Made by a program: the position numbers and the translations under genes
The notes under the pieces: model-generated
Databases searched by the model: none
Told to the model about the DNA's origin: nothing
Seen by the model: only the letters and a program-made list of their open reading frames with translations
Shown: piece by piece, positions 29,987 through 39,726 of the stretch
Numbering within the stretch: position 1 is the stretch's first letter
Layout: every line of letters starts with the position of its first letter
NCBI GenBank assembly: GCA_963706325.1
Contig: CAVPLT010000004.1
Coordinates: 608,001 to 672,000 of the forward strand
Reading direction: 5' to 3'
Source: an uncultured Nitrospiraceae bacterium
Lineage (GTDB): Bacteria > Nitrospirota > Nitrospiria > Nitrospirales > Nitrospiraceae
Length of the DNA: 64,000 bases

Positions 29987-30544
29987 TTACTTCTCGCCCG
30001 TCCGAACATTACGGGGCGGAGCAGGGGCCACGGGATTGCGTACGAGATACGATGCGATCGCAGCATCCCGGTAGTGCTCCGGCGTCACTCCTTGAGGCAG
30101 ATTGGGGAGAATATCCGTGGTTGCGTATGAACCGCCAGGATTGTTGGTGAAGAACCAGAGTTGTCCCACCCCCGGGTGGCCGGGTGATGGTGGAACCATG
30201 AAGATTCCTTGCGTCTGTGTCGTGCCGGTTGTCGCATAATTCGTCGCCCCGCCCATCCAGTCCATGAGCTTCTTTATCGCTGTGGAATTGTTATCGGGGA
30301 CAGGCACAGGCTGGTCGGGCGCAAATCTTGTGATTCCGGCATGGCTCCACAACGTTTGGACCTCGGCGCCGTTGGCGTAACGAAAGCCATAGGTGGTGGT
30401 GTAGCCCCCGCTGCCGTTCCGCACGTCCGAAATGGAAAGATTCACGGTTTGCCTGAGGCTCAACCATTCGATGCTGGTTTCGGTGTCAAACGTAATGAGC
30501 GAGTCACCGCTTGCAGGAACAAGATCCCGTTGCAAGAGGGCCAT
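29987..30544 (-). CDS. paralog B of 29140-29736
   Basis: GDSLITFDTETSIEWL...GGYTTTYGFRYA...SYLVR. Confidence 0.75.
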   Translation of the reverse strand: MALLQRDLVPASGDSLITFDTETSIEWLSLRQTVNLSISDVRNGSGGYTTTYGFRYANGAEVQTLWSHAGITRFAPDQPVPVPDNNSTAIKKLMDWMGGATNYATTGTTQTQGIFMVPPSPGHPGVGQLWFFTNNPGGSYATTDILPNLPQGVTPEHYRDAAIASYLVRNPVAPAPPRNVRTGEK

Positions 30545-30727
30545 GTTGTGCCTCCTATGAATATATCGGACGATTCTGCTCCCGGCGTGCAGGCCGCGCA
30601 GATGTCATTCGTATCAAGAAAATGTTTTCCGGTCACCCACTCTTCGACGATGGTTACATGGTGCCGTAGTGAAAACCGTGCAGGTAGGGAAGGCTTGTGA
30701 ACAAGCCCCGGTTTCAACCATCAGCTG

Positions 30728-31159
30728 CTAGGCTCTTCGTGGCACCGTCCGACCTTCTTCGAGGTCTTGAAGGTCGCACCAACTGGTGAGGTCGGTGCGA
30801 GACGGATCGACGGTGTCCCGGTGTTTGTTGAAGGAAGCCTGTTTCTCCGGCGTGGTGGGTCCGCGGCTGAGCATACTGCGATTCCACTCTTCCAAGTCTG
30901 CCTGGGTATGAGGCTTGGCGACGTGACGGAACCACTGCACGAAACCCTCTTCGGTTTGATTGCTCCTCACGGCTGCGGTGAACTGCTCGGCTGTCAGGCC
31001 GGCAAACGTCAGAAGCCGATCGTCCATGGGGCAGGGGTAGATGTATTCGCCCTCGGTTCCCGCCAGCACGGCGCGGCATTTGTCGATCATGCGTGCGAGA
31101 TGCGCATAACCCTCCAATATGACGCGCATGCTGCGCGGAAACCTCGTGCGTAGGTCCAT
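30728..31159 (-). CDS. DUF5069-like protein
   Basis: DLRTRFPRS...HLARMIDKCRA...GEYIYPCPMD. Confidence 0.75.
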   Translation of the reverse strand: MDLRTRFPRSMRVILEGYAHLARMIDKCRAVLAGTEGEYIYPCPMDDRLLTFAGLTAEQFTAAVRSNQTEEGFVQWFRHVAKPHTQADLEEWNRSMLSRGPTTPEKQASFNKHRDTVDPSRTDLTSWCDLQDLEEGRTVPRRA

Positions 31160-31836
31160 CAGGCCAGCAACTTGTGGTTCGAGAAGGTCATGGTCCGGAC
31201 CGTGACCTCGCCGTTTTCGTAGGAGATGATGCGTCGGGTTGCCGGGAGATCCGAAGCGCCGACCCGCACATGGGTGTCGGTAAAACTTTCCACGTTGCGC
31301 AGCTTTCCATCCTGGGGAGCAAAATAATACACTGTGTACTTCGTCGTCAGGTGCTTATGATCCTGTGTCTCACAGCTTTCTTCCACGTTGATAGTGAACG
31401 CGACGTGCGGCATCTTGCGGTTGATTTGTGTGATGCGATCGTCCTTGATTCGATAAAACGACTGCATGCCATCTCCGTGGAGGTCTAATCGCCTGCCCAG
31501 GGGGTGGTCGGTACCGGTCTCCAGAGTGAGGCGATGCTTGCCGTCCGACTCCTCGAATTTGCGGGGCGCGCGGTGCACGGCGATCATGCCGATCTGCTCT
31601 TGCGCCCACTTCTGGATGGCTTCGTCGGGCAACTGGACGGTCACGTCTCGGGGGCCCTTTACCACGACGGTTCCGCGCACAAGGCTCCCGTTGGTATTGA
31701 CCGTCAGATCTGCGGAAAATCCTTGAAAGTCGGACTGCCAGCGGGCGGTGCTTTCAAAGGCTCGCTGAAGGACCGCACGGGCTTGGGGATCGTCGGTGAC
31801 CGTCGTGTCTGTTGAAGTCGGCGTAGGGGCTTGCAT
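31159..31836 (-). CDS. DUF3386-like protein
   Basis: W..DFQGFSADL, SFYRIKDDRITQINR. Confidence 0.7.
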   Translation of the reverse strand: MQAPTPTSTDTTVTDDPQARAVLQRAFESTARWQSDFQGFSADLTVNTNGSLVRGTVVVKGPRDVTVQLPDEAIQKWAQEQIGMIAVHRAPRKFEESDGKHRLTLETGTDHPLGRRLDLHGDGMQSFYRIKDDRITQINRKMPHVAFTINVEESCETQDHKHLTTKYTVYYFAPQDGKLRNVESFTDTHVRVGASDLPATRRIISYENGEVTVRTMTFSNHKLLA

Positions 31837-32094
31837 AGGTGGACTCCTTTTTGTCGTCATGAAAATCTCACATGGAATAGAAGGATTATAGAAGGCTTGG
31901 ACAGGCATCTACAACGGAAACGAGAGGAGGTTGAGCGACTTGTTCGCGTGCGCGTCATTGGAATAATTTTCTCTCTGACCCCAGAGGTTTGTGTAGTACT
32001 GGCTAGGCCGAATCTGTTAAAATGCGGGGCATTTCATCCGGCAATTTGAGCGGTCAGTGGAGTGAGTCTCGGGCATTCCTTGGAAAGGAGCGCT

Positions 32095-32442
32095 ATGGAG
32101 CGGCGTGCGGCGTCTCATACGGAAGAAGAAGAAATGAATCAGCGGCGGCGGCTATTGGGCTTGGCCCGTAAGGGTGATCCAAAAGCTATCAGCAAGCTGT
32201 TCGAATTGTATCAAGTGCGTGTCTTGAACGGTGACATGCTGAGTAAACTCAACAAGTCTTATTACAAAGCGGCAGCCGCGCAGGAACAGAAAGAGGCTCA
32301 CGGGAGTACCAAGGCGACGAAGCCACAAAAATCTTCGCATGGCAGTCCGAAGGGCAACCAAAAACCTGCGACGGCCTCAGCCGCACCGGCTGGAAAGCCG
32401 AAAAGCACCAAGCCGGCGCCTCCGAAAAAGCGAGGGAAATAA
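32095..32442 (+). CDS. hypothetical protein with a Lys/Pro/Ala-rich tail
   Basis: AAGGAG RBS; histone-H1-like basic C-terminus. Confidence 0.7.
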   Translation: MERRAASHTEEEEMNQRRRLLGLARKGDPKAISKLFELYQVRVLNGDMLSKLNKSYYKAAAAQEQKEAHGSTKATKPQKSSHGSPKGNQKPATASAAPAGKPKSTKPAPPKKRGK

Positions 32443-32498
32443 GCGTGGTCTGCGTCGATATGATCGGCGCAGACCTCGTGCCCACGCTCTTCTCAATC

Positions 32499-32792
32499 TC
32501 ATTGGACACCGACGCGTAACCCTCCCCCTGCCAGTTTCTTTCCTATCTCTTCTGCGAGTTTTCGTGCACCGGTGTAGACGGTGGCTTGGCCTTCATGATC
32601 GATGCGCCATGCCAGTTCAAAGGCCCGTGATGAATTCATGCCCGGGATGCTCTTGCACAACAGCGCGATGACCTGCTGATACGTATGGCAGTCGCAGTTG
32701 AATACGATCACCCGGGCTTCCAGGTCATCGCCGGTGCCCACGTCGGTGGTGTCGAGGGCTTCAGGGGTGAAGACTGGACTCAGAGTGCTCAT
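32499..32792 (-). CDS. clpS: ClpS-family adaptor
   Basis: RVIVFNCDCHTYQQV...AWRIDHEGQATV. Confidence 0.8.
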   Translation of the reverse strand: MSTLSPVFTPEALDTTDVGTGDDLEARVIVFNCDCHTYQQVIALLCKSIPGMNSSRAFELAWRIDHEGQATVYTGARKLAEEIGKKLAGGGLRVGVQ

Positions 32793-33505
32793 GCGGCCGT
32801 CTCGTCGGGTGAAGGCTGTCTCGAGTGCACGGTTGGCATGCCGACGTATTCGTTGGCAAGGTCGAGGCCTTCGCGCGCCAGGGTGTGGCTTAGAAGAGAA
32901 AAGTGGCTGAGAGAGTCCGTCACCGGCAGGAGATCGTGTTGCCTGGCAAGACGGAGGGTATAGACTTGCGCGGCGGCGGTTTTCAGCAGTGCGAGGCCAT
33001 ATTCGAACTCATAGGCCTCTTCCAGCGTCAGGGTTGGTCTGGCGAGACCTTGCACCCGGGCGACGGCGCAGGGACGTTCAGCGCGGTTCGCTTCTAGGAG
33101 ACGCAGTAATGCCGCCGGACCCGGCACGAGTGCCTGGCCTATGCGCATTGCATGGGTGAGATCGAACAGACCGCGTTGAAACCGCCGATCGTGTTGGATG
33201 GCGTTATGGAACTGAGCGCGCCATCCGATATCCTCGAGATCGCGGTTGATGGCTGCCGTCGCAGCTTGGTCGAGCGGACCACTGACATTATAGCCTTGCA
33301 CCAGCCGCCCGGTTGTCAGCAGGGTTGGGTGATCGTCTCCCATACGGTCCTGATACGCCATGGTGCCCATCAAGGGCGTAAGGCGAAACGCCATGTAATC
33401 ACGAAAATGTATTGAATGGTAGCGGTCCAGCAACGCCTCCAGGGTTCGTGAAGCACAGAGATGAAACGGATAAAATAAGGCGTTGCGTGAGGGTGTGGGG
33501 TTCAT
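32789..33505 (-). CDS. hypothetical protein, 238 aa
   Basis: ATGA overlap with clpS; ALFYPFH N-terminus. Confidence 0.75.
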   Translation of the reverse strand: MNPTPSRNALFYPFHLCASRTLEALLDRYHSIHFRDYMAFRLTPLMGTMAYQDRMGDDHPTLLTTGRLVQGYNVSGPLDQAATAAINRDLEDIGWRAQFHNAIQHDRRFQRGLFDLTHAMRIGQALVPGPAALLRLLEANRAERPCAVARVQGLARPTLTLEEAYEFEYGLALLKTAAAQVYTLRLARQHDLLPVTDSLSHFSLLSHTLAREGLDLANEYVGMPTVHSRQPSPDETAA

Positions 33506-33552
33506 GCAGTGTACAATTACCAGGCGAGAGGCGAGTCGCTGTGGGGCACTAT

Positions 33553-33753
33553 CTACCAGGTGTCCATATCGATGACTTCCGTCGCATCCCAGAGGTTCTT
33601 CAGCTCGGCGTCGGCAATGGCTTTCTCGCGATCCGCGTCGGTGTCTTCTCCAAACCGTTTCGGTTTAGCAGCTTCTTCCGCACCCTCCGACGCATCGGGC
33701 TGTTCGATCGATTGACGTCGGCGACGTTTGTTGGGATCCATATTGACTGGCAT
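33553..33753 (-). CDS. small charged hypothetical protein
   Basis: AGGAGG RBS; 66 aa. Confidence 0.65.
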   Translation of the reverse strand: MPVNMDPNKRRRRQSIEQPDASEGAEEAAKPKRFGEDTDADREKAIADAELKNLWDATEVIDMDTW

Positions 33754-33827
33754 GGGTGTTCCTCCTGTCAGGCAACAAGTCTCCCCTCTGCCGGGGCCGG
33801 AAGTCAATGGGAAGGGGCTTGCGGGAA

Positions 33828-34979
33828 TCAGTTTTCGAGACTAGCGAGGAGGGCAACTGCAACACTGTCCGCATAGCGTCGGCCGCGCGCGGTCAGCCGT
33901 ACCCGTTGGCCCCTGCGCTCCAGGATTTCGTCGATAATCAACTCGTCCACCTTGTGAACAAGCCCTGAAAAAGCTAGAGCTCCCGTGTCCTCCAGTGAGA
34001 CGCCGTCGGTCAGGCGGAGGCCAAACACCAGCCGTTCGCAGCTGTCCTCCGCCGGCGTGAGCAGTTCGTATTCCGACAACGGCAGCGCGCCGCTCAGCAG
34101 GGCCTGATTGTAAGCGGCCAGATTGCTCACGTTCCCAAAGCGCCTCTCATCGACATAGGATTGGGCGCTTGGGCCCAGTCCCAAATATCGGCCACCGGTC
34201 CAGTGGAGGCTGTTATGCCGGCTCGCATACCCGGGGCGGCAGTAGTTCGAAATCTCATATCTGATATAGCCTGCCCGCTCCAGCATCTCCTCGGCCAGGT
34301 CCTCCATCTCGTTCTGGAGCGTTTCGTCAGGGGCTGAGACGGCGCCCCGTTGAATGGCCGCGCGGAGTATGGTGCCCTCTTCAATCGTCAAGGCATAGCA
34401 GGAGAGGTGTGTTGGGTCGAGGGCGATTGTTCGTTGGAGCGAGGCCGCCCAACTCTCGATCGTTTGTCCGGGCAGTCCATACATCAGATCGAGATTGAGA
34501 TTGATAAAACCAGCCTCACGCGCCGCGGCGCACACTCCGACGGTCTTTAGGACGGATCCCGCACGGCCGACCTGATGCAGTTCCTCCTGATCCATGGATT
34601 CTGCTCCAAAGCTGATCCGGGTAAAACCGGCTTCTCTCAGAAGCGACAGCTCCTCGAACGTGGCCGATTCCGGATGCGCTTCAATCGTAATCTCCACCTC
34701 GTGGGTGATCCCGAACGTCTCCTTAGCCGCAGACAACACCGCGCTCAATTGCTGGGGCGTGAGTGTAGTGGGCGTTCCGCCACCGAAGTAGATTGAATCC
34801 AACGGCTTCTCCCCAAAGGCACTTTGTTGACCATAGAGATGTATTTCGGTCACAAGCGACGATACAAATGTGTCGGCGGCGCGCGCATGATGAATTTCAA
34901 GGTAGAAAGCGCAGAAGTGACAGCGCTGATGACAGAAGGGAATATGCAAGTAGAGGCCGTGACGGGATGCCTGTCTCAT
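33828..34979 (-). CDS. hemW: radical SAM heme chaperone HemW (HemN-like)
   Basis: LYLHIPFCHQRCHFCAF, YFGGGTP, YEISN, HN..W. Confidence 0.9.
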   Translation of the reverse strand: MRQASRHGLYLHIPFCHQRCHFCAFYLEIHHARAADTFVSSLVTEIHLYGQQSAFGEKPLDSIYFGGGTPTTLTPQQLSAVLSAAKETFGITHEVEITIEAHPESATFEELSLLREAGFTRISFGAESMDQEELHQVGRAGSVLKTVGVCAAAREAGFINLNLDLMYGLPGQTIESWAASLQRTIALDPTHLSCYALTIEEGTILRAAIQRGAVSAPDETLQNEMEDLAEEMLERAGYIRYEISNYCRPGYASRHNSLHWTGGRYLGLGPSAQSYVDERRFGNVSNLAAYNQALLSGALPLSEYELLTPAEDSCERLVFGLRLTDGVSLEDTGALAFSGLVHKVDELIIDEILERRGQRVRLTARGRRYADSVAVALLASLEN

Positions 34980-34985
34980 CTATGC

Positions 34986-35249
34986 TCAGCCTTGTTGTGA
35001 CGGGCCAGAAAACTCTCGGACCATCGCGACTTCAATTTCGTCCGCGGCAGATATGCCACGGTTTCTGACGTGAGCCTTCCAAGCTGGATATTCGCGCAGA
35101 GTCTCGAACAGATGTTTGATCATCGCCGGTTTGATCTGCAGTTCCCACTCGCGGAGCCACGCGTTCTCGTCGTGAGGCCCCTCATAGTCGTCGGGGAACT
35201 GAGCTTCGAGACTGATACGAAACAGGAAGGATTTATCTTCTGTCCGCAT
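34986..35249 (-). CDS. hypothetical protein, 87 aa
   Basis: MRTEDKSFLFRISLEAQFPDDYEG...RNRG; GGAG RBS. Confidence 0.7.
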   Translation of the reverse strand: MRTEDKSFLFRISLEAQFPDDYEGPHDENAWLREWELQIKPAMIKHLFETLREYPAWKAHVRNRGISAADEIEVAMVREFSGPSQQG

Positions 35250-35330
35250 GTATGGACTCCCATCGGCCGATGATTGCGAAGTGGAACCGACCTTACTTAT
35301 AATAATCCAAATTTCACGGAGTACAGCCCA

Positions 35331-35558
35331 ATGCCCATCTTCGAGTACGTGTGTCAGGAATGCAACCATCGTTTTGAGCTCATCGTCCAGGGCAAGACAG
35401 TGCCGGCCTGTCCGGCCTGCCAGACGACGGCAGTGAACAAACAATTTTCCGCCTTTGGGGTGGGAGCGACCGGCGGCTGGCCTGTGACATCGGGAGCGGG
35501 CGGCGCCTGCGGATCCTGTGGAGATCCAGGCGGTCCCGGCTCCTGTTCTACGAATTGA
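35331..35558 (+). CDS. FmdB-family zinc-ribbon protein
   Basis: MPIFEYVCQECNHRFE...CPAC...CGSC. Confidence 0.88.
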   Translation: MPIFEYVCQECNHRFELIVQGKTVPACPACQTTAVNKQFSAFGVGATGGWPVTSGAGGACGSCGDPGGPGSCSTN

Positions 35559-35574
35559 GCTCTTCTGTAGACTC

Positions 35575-35898
35575 ATGATGGAAGAACTTGAAGACCAGGC
35601 TCGCCGTGCAATCGGGACGCTCATGCAGTCAGATCCACTCATCAAGCTGCTGCAAGAAGTCAGGATAGGGCGAATGAAGGCGAGTGATCTCGGCTTGCGG
35701 GCGGTTACCGAGTCCTGGATTGGGGTCTATACGCAGGTCTTGAAGTCCCAGCCGTTTCATCCTTCGGTGTTGGCTCGGCTGAATCCTGTGCCTCGGCTTG
35801 AAGTACTCGTTGAGACAGGCGTGTTGTCATGGGATCATGCCGGCACCAGGGACCTACGCGAGTTGTTTCGACAGTTGGTCGTCCCGCTTGCGCCTTAA
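35575..35898 (+). CDS. hypothetical protein
   Basis: Operon spacing; no motif recognised. Confidence 0.65.
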   Translation: MMEELEDQARRAIGTLMQSDPLIKLLQEVRIGRMKASDLGLRAVTESWIGVYTQVLKSQPFHPSVLARLNPVPRLEVLVETGVLSWDHAGTRDLRELFRQLVVPLAP

Positions 35899-35902
35899 CA
35901 GG

Positions 35903-36577
35903 ATGCGGTTCTGGATCGGCTCGCTCTGCTTATTGCTGGTCTGGTGCAGGCCTACGATAAGCTTGGCAGAAACCCCGTCCGGCGTCCGGCCCTTGCACAA
36001 GGGACTGGAAGCCGCACTGACAAGTCTTCCCTCGCATACCAATCTGCTTCTCGATCAGGCAGCGATCGAACAATTTCTAGTGGAGTTGGATGACGAGCCG
36101 CCAGATTGGCCCAGGGTCCATGGACAGGGGCATCATGATCCCGACCATGATGGGCGTCTGTTTGCCTTGAACCGCGAACGTGATGCCAGACGCGAGGGTA
36201 GAGCCCCCTTGCAGTGGCTGATCACATTTGTCTGGGTCGGGGAGCTGTCCCAATTCGACGATCAGCGCGAGGGTTTTCCCATCGCCTTGGGGCCGAAATT
36301 CAACCGGACTTCCTGGGGTGATGTGCGCTTCAAGCACGAAGACGTCCCTGCGCCGCTTCTGGCGCTCGCGGCCGAGGAAACGCCTCGTCTCCGAAATCGG
36401 CTGCGCCAGGGGGAGCGAGTGGAGGTCGACGTCCTCATGACAGGCCGTCTCATTCAAGAGGAGTCCCTGGTGTATGACTTTTCGCACGAAGAAGAGGGCC
36501 GGGGTCTCATTATGCCGGTAGTGCGAGTTGAATTCGTGGAATTTGCCTTAAAGGGTGGGCCGGACAGGCGAGAGTAG
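35903..36577 (+). CDS. exported hypothetical protein
   Basis: Signal peptide MRFWIGSLCLLLVWC. Confidence 0.7.
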   Translation: MRFWIGSLCLLLVWCRPTISLAETPSGVRPLHKGLEAALTSLPSHTNLLLDQAAIEQFLVELDDEPPDWPRVHGQGHHDPDHDGRLFALNRERDARREGRAPLQWLITFVWVGELSQFDDQREGFPIALGPKFNRTSWGDVRFKHEDVPAPLLALAAEETPRLRNRLRQGERVEVDVLMTGRLIQEESLVYDFSHEEEGRGLIMPVVRVEFVEFALKGGPDRRE

Positions 36578-36607
36578 TCGTCACCTCGCCAACACAATGC
36601 AAGATTG

Positions 36608-37252
36608 TTACGGAGCCTGCTTCAGATGGGGATAGGCTTGATGCATGCAGGAATCGCAGACGGCTTCGGTCACTTTTGATCGAGCCTGGCGGCGCAGGTA
36701 GTCTTCGATGCGTTGCCAATAGGGCCCGTCGGCTTTCACGCGTTTACATTTGGCGCAAATGTGGATCGTACCATGGAGCGCGGTGATCTGAGCGAATGCG
36801 TGGTCAAGTTCCTTGGTGCGTTCGGTCAATTCCTGTTCACGAATCTTCCTGGCATCGACTTCCTGTTTCAGGCTGAGCGCGTTGGCAGCGCGCGCAATCA
36901 ACTCCGCCGGAATGACGGGTTTGCGAATGTAGTCTGTCGCGCCTGCGGTGTAGGCCGCTTGAATGTCTTCCGCCCCGGTATGCGCCGTGATGACAATGAT
37001 CGGCAGGCCTTGTAGCTGCTCTTCCGTACGAATCTGTCGGCAGGCCTCCAATCCATCGAGCTCGGGCATTTCCAGATCCATCAATACCAGATCGATGCCG
37101 CTCGTCAGCTTGCCTCGTTTGCCTATGCCCAATATCTTGAGCCCTTCTCGAGCTGTCCCGACCGGCAGGAGGGGACCGAATCCGGCGCTATGAAGAATCG
37201 TCTGGAGCAGGTCTCGTGCTTCCTGAAAATCGTCGATGATGAGAATACTCAT
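36608..37252 (-). CDS. response regulator with C-terminal CxxC...CxxC
   Basis: IIDD, LMDLEMP, YIRKP; ICAKCK...CDSC. Confidence 0.9.
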   Translation of the reverse strand: MSILIIDDFQEARDLLQTILHSAGFGPLLPVGTAREGLKILGIGKRGKLTSGIDLVLMDLEMPELDGLEACRQIRTEEQLQGLPIIVITAHTGAEDIQAAYTAGATDYIRKPVIPAELIARAANALSLKQEVDARKIREQELTERTKELDHAFAQITALHGTIHICAKCKRVKADGPYWQRIEDYLRRQARSKVTEAVCDSCMHQAYPHLKQAP

Positions 37253-37294
37253 GTCCGCCGCGCTCCTTCTTCGCGTTTCGATATCATCAAAGAT

Positions 37295-39538
37295 CTAGGC
37301 CGCTTGGTCCAATTGATGGAGGATGGCGGCTAGTTGGGCGATCTCGCCCTGAATGGCGATGAGATCGCGCGAACGCGCCGACTCCTCCAGCCGCTGTCCG
37401 ACTGCCCCGATGTCGGGGAACCCGTAGGATCCCGCCACGCCCTTTATGCGATGCCCCATCGTCCGGATCGCCTCATAGTCCTGTTCCGCGAGGGCCTCTT
37501 GCATCGCGCCAAGATCCTTGCGGCGATGCTGTAGGAACTGAGGACGACGTTGCAGGATTTCCTGGGCGATGCGATCTGCAACGTCGAGTGCCTTTTCGAA
37601 CCTCGGGGGCTCCGAATCGGTTTGCGGCATCGGGCGGTGATAGGTGGCCAAGGCGTCGAGCAACTGCGGCCTGCTGATCGGCTTAGTCAAGAACCCGGTG
37701 CAGCCCGCGGCCAGACACTGTTCCTCCGCCTCACGAAAGGCATTGGCGGTGAGCGCCACGATAGGAGTTGGCGGACGTTGGTGCGCAGATTCCCAAGCCC
37801 GAATCAATCGCGTGGCTGTGAAGCCGTCCATCCCGGGCATTTGCAAGTCAATAAGGACGATATCGAATCGATTGCCCCGAAAAGCCGCGATGGCCTGTTC
37901 GCCGTCCGACACGATCGTGACCCGATAGGGGGTGCCCTGAAAATAAAACCGCATCAATTCTTGTGATTCCGGAGAGTCTTCGGCCAACAACACATGCAGT
38001 TTCACTGCTGCCGGAAAGGAGGATGCCACAGGCACCGCGGCCTGCGACGAACGAGTCGCACCGATCCGTTCATGGAGACGTTCGGACAGAGCGGCAATCG
38101 TGAGGGGAAGGTCCACGATAAACGTGCTGCCGATTTCGGCCACGCTCTCGGCCCAGATACGTCCGCCCATGAGCCCTACCAGGCGCTTGCAGATAGCCAG
38201 ACCGAGACCGACCCCTCCATGCTGACGGCTGGACGCGCTGTTGACTTGGGTGAAACGGTCAAAGATTCGGTCGAGCTGATCGGCAGGGATGCCGATGCCG
38301 CTGTCAATGACCGAGAACCGAATGCGAGAGGGTTCCGACCCGGCATACGTCACGGCGGCCCGCACCGTAACATGCCCCTGCTCCGTAAACTTGAGCGCAT
38401 TGCTAATAAGATTCAGCAGAACTTGATGCAGCCGAAAGGCATCGCCTTCGAGACATGGCGGCACATCCGGGTCGAGATGAAACGTGAGGGTGAGACCTTT
38501 CTCTTCTGCGCGGTGGCATAAGAGTTGAGTGGTGCGGTCGATGAGCTGGCGTACGTCATAGGGAGCCTGCTCAAGTTGCGTCTGCCCGGCCTCGATGCGT
38601 GAAAAGTCGAGCAGATCCGTGACGAGTCCCAGCAGCGTGTGGCTGGCTTTGGCGCACATCTCTGCATATCGACGTTGCGGGGGGGTGAGGGCGGTGGTGA
38701 GCAGCAGATCGGTCGTGCCGCAAATGGCGTTCAAGGGTGTCCTGATTTCGTGACTGATGTTGGCGAGGAAATCGCTCTTGGCCTGGCTGGCTCCTTCGGC
38801 GGATTCCTGCGCTCGGCGGAGCGTCGATTCCAGCTGTTTGCGTTCGGTAATATCCCTGGCGAAGGCGCAGAAGCTGATGGATCGTTTCATGCGGAGCGGC
38901 ATGACGGTCAATTCGATGGGAAACTCACGACCGTTCTTGTGAACGGCGATGACTTCAATTCGGCGGTTCAGGATCGGCCCTTCCCCCTTCGTCACAAAAC
39001 GTTCCACGCCCTTGAGATGGGCTTCACGAAATGACGGGGGAATGATGAGGTCGGGGAGCTGAGCTCCTAACGCCTCATCCGGCCTGTACCCAAATGTCTG
39101 CTCGGCCTGAGGGTTCCAGGTCGTGATAATGCTTTGCGCATCGATGGTGATGACTGCATCCAAGGCACCGTGAAGCATGGTTCGTACCCGTTGTTCGTCC
39201 TCATCGCGGAGCCGTCCCAATTGCCGGTGTTGATAGAGAAGATAGGCGGTAATCCATAAGCCGACGATACCGAAGGTGCGATTGAAGAGGTCGGTGCTCA
39301 CATCGTAGCTCGGAAGATGGGCCCAGACCTTAGCCGCGATCAGCAGAGTCCATCCCCCGACGGCGCCCAGGAACACCAGCCGTGAATAGAGCGCCGAGAC
39401 AGGCACAGCGAGCAAAAAATAGGGCAGCCAGGTGGCGAAACCGAACTCAAATTGAAGGTCTGCAAAGAAGGTGAGTCCCGTCAGAATGACGAGGATGAGT
39501 GAGGTGGTGGAACGGCCGAGCTGCTGTTCTTTCAACAT
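37295..39538 (-). CDS. membrane hybrid histidine kinase (TM-PAS-HisKA-HATPase-REC-Hpt)
   Basis: SHEIRTPL, NALKFT, GLGLAI, DLQMP, HRIKG. Confidence 0.95.
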   Translation of the reverse strand: MLKEQQLGRSTTSLILVILTGLTFFADLQFEFGFATWLPYFLLAVPVSALYSRLVFLGAVGGWTLLIAAKVWAHLPSYDVSTDLFNRTFGIVGLWITAYLLYQHRQLGRLRDEDEQRVRTMLHGALDAVITIDAQSIITTWNPQAEQTFGYRPDEALGAQLPDLIIPPSFREAHLKGVERFVTKGEGPILNRRIEVIAVHKNGREFPIELTVMPLRMKRSISFCAFARDITERKQLESTLRRAQESAEGASQAKSDFLANISHEIRTPLNAICGTTDLLLTTALTPPQRRYAEMCAKASHTLLGLVTDLLDFSRIEAGQTQLEQAPYDVRQLIDRTTQLLCHRAEEKGLTLTFHLDPDVPPCLEGDAFRLHQVLLNLISNALKFTEQGHVTVRAAVTYAGSEPSRIRFSVIDSGIGIPADQLDRIFDRFTQVNSASSRQHGGVGLGLAICKRLVGLMGGRIWAESVAEIGSTFIVDLPLTIAALSERLHERIGATRSSQAAVPVASSFPAAVKLHVLLAEDSPESQELMRFYFQGTPYRVTIVSDGEQAIAAFRGNRFDIVLIDLQMPGMDGFTATRLIRAWESAHQRPPTPIVALTANAFREAEEQCLAAGCTGFLTKPISRPQLLDALATYHRPMPQTDSEPPRFEKALDVADRIAQEILQRRPQFLQHRRKDLGAMQEALAEQDYEAIRTMGHRIKGVAGSYGFPDIGAVGQRLEESARSRDLIAIQGEIAQLAAILHQLDQAA

Positions 39539-39726
39539 GAGCCTGTACGGTGCGCGTAGTGGTACCCAAGCGATGGGTAGGGCTTACTTTGAGTATAGCG
39601 GCCAGTGTGCGGGGCACCTAGTATCTCGTGGATTTCTACCGGAGCAATGTCAGGCAAGTCACGATGGGCGCCTCGCGAGGAGAAGTATCATAAGCGAGTC
39701 TCGATGAGCTGCGCGAGTGGTTGCCA

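Noticed and set aside
33553..33753. Pup/UBact-like modifier
   Set aside because: Small and charged, but it ends in DTW rather than GE/GQ, and no ligase or proteasome genes are nearby.
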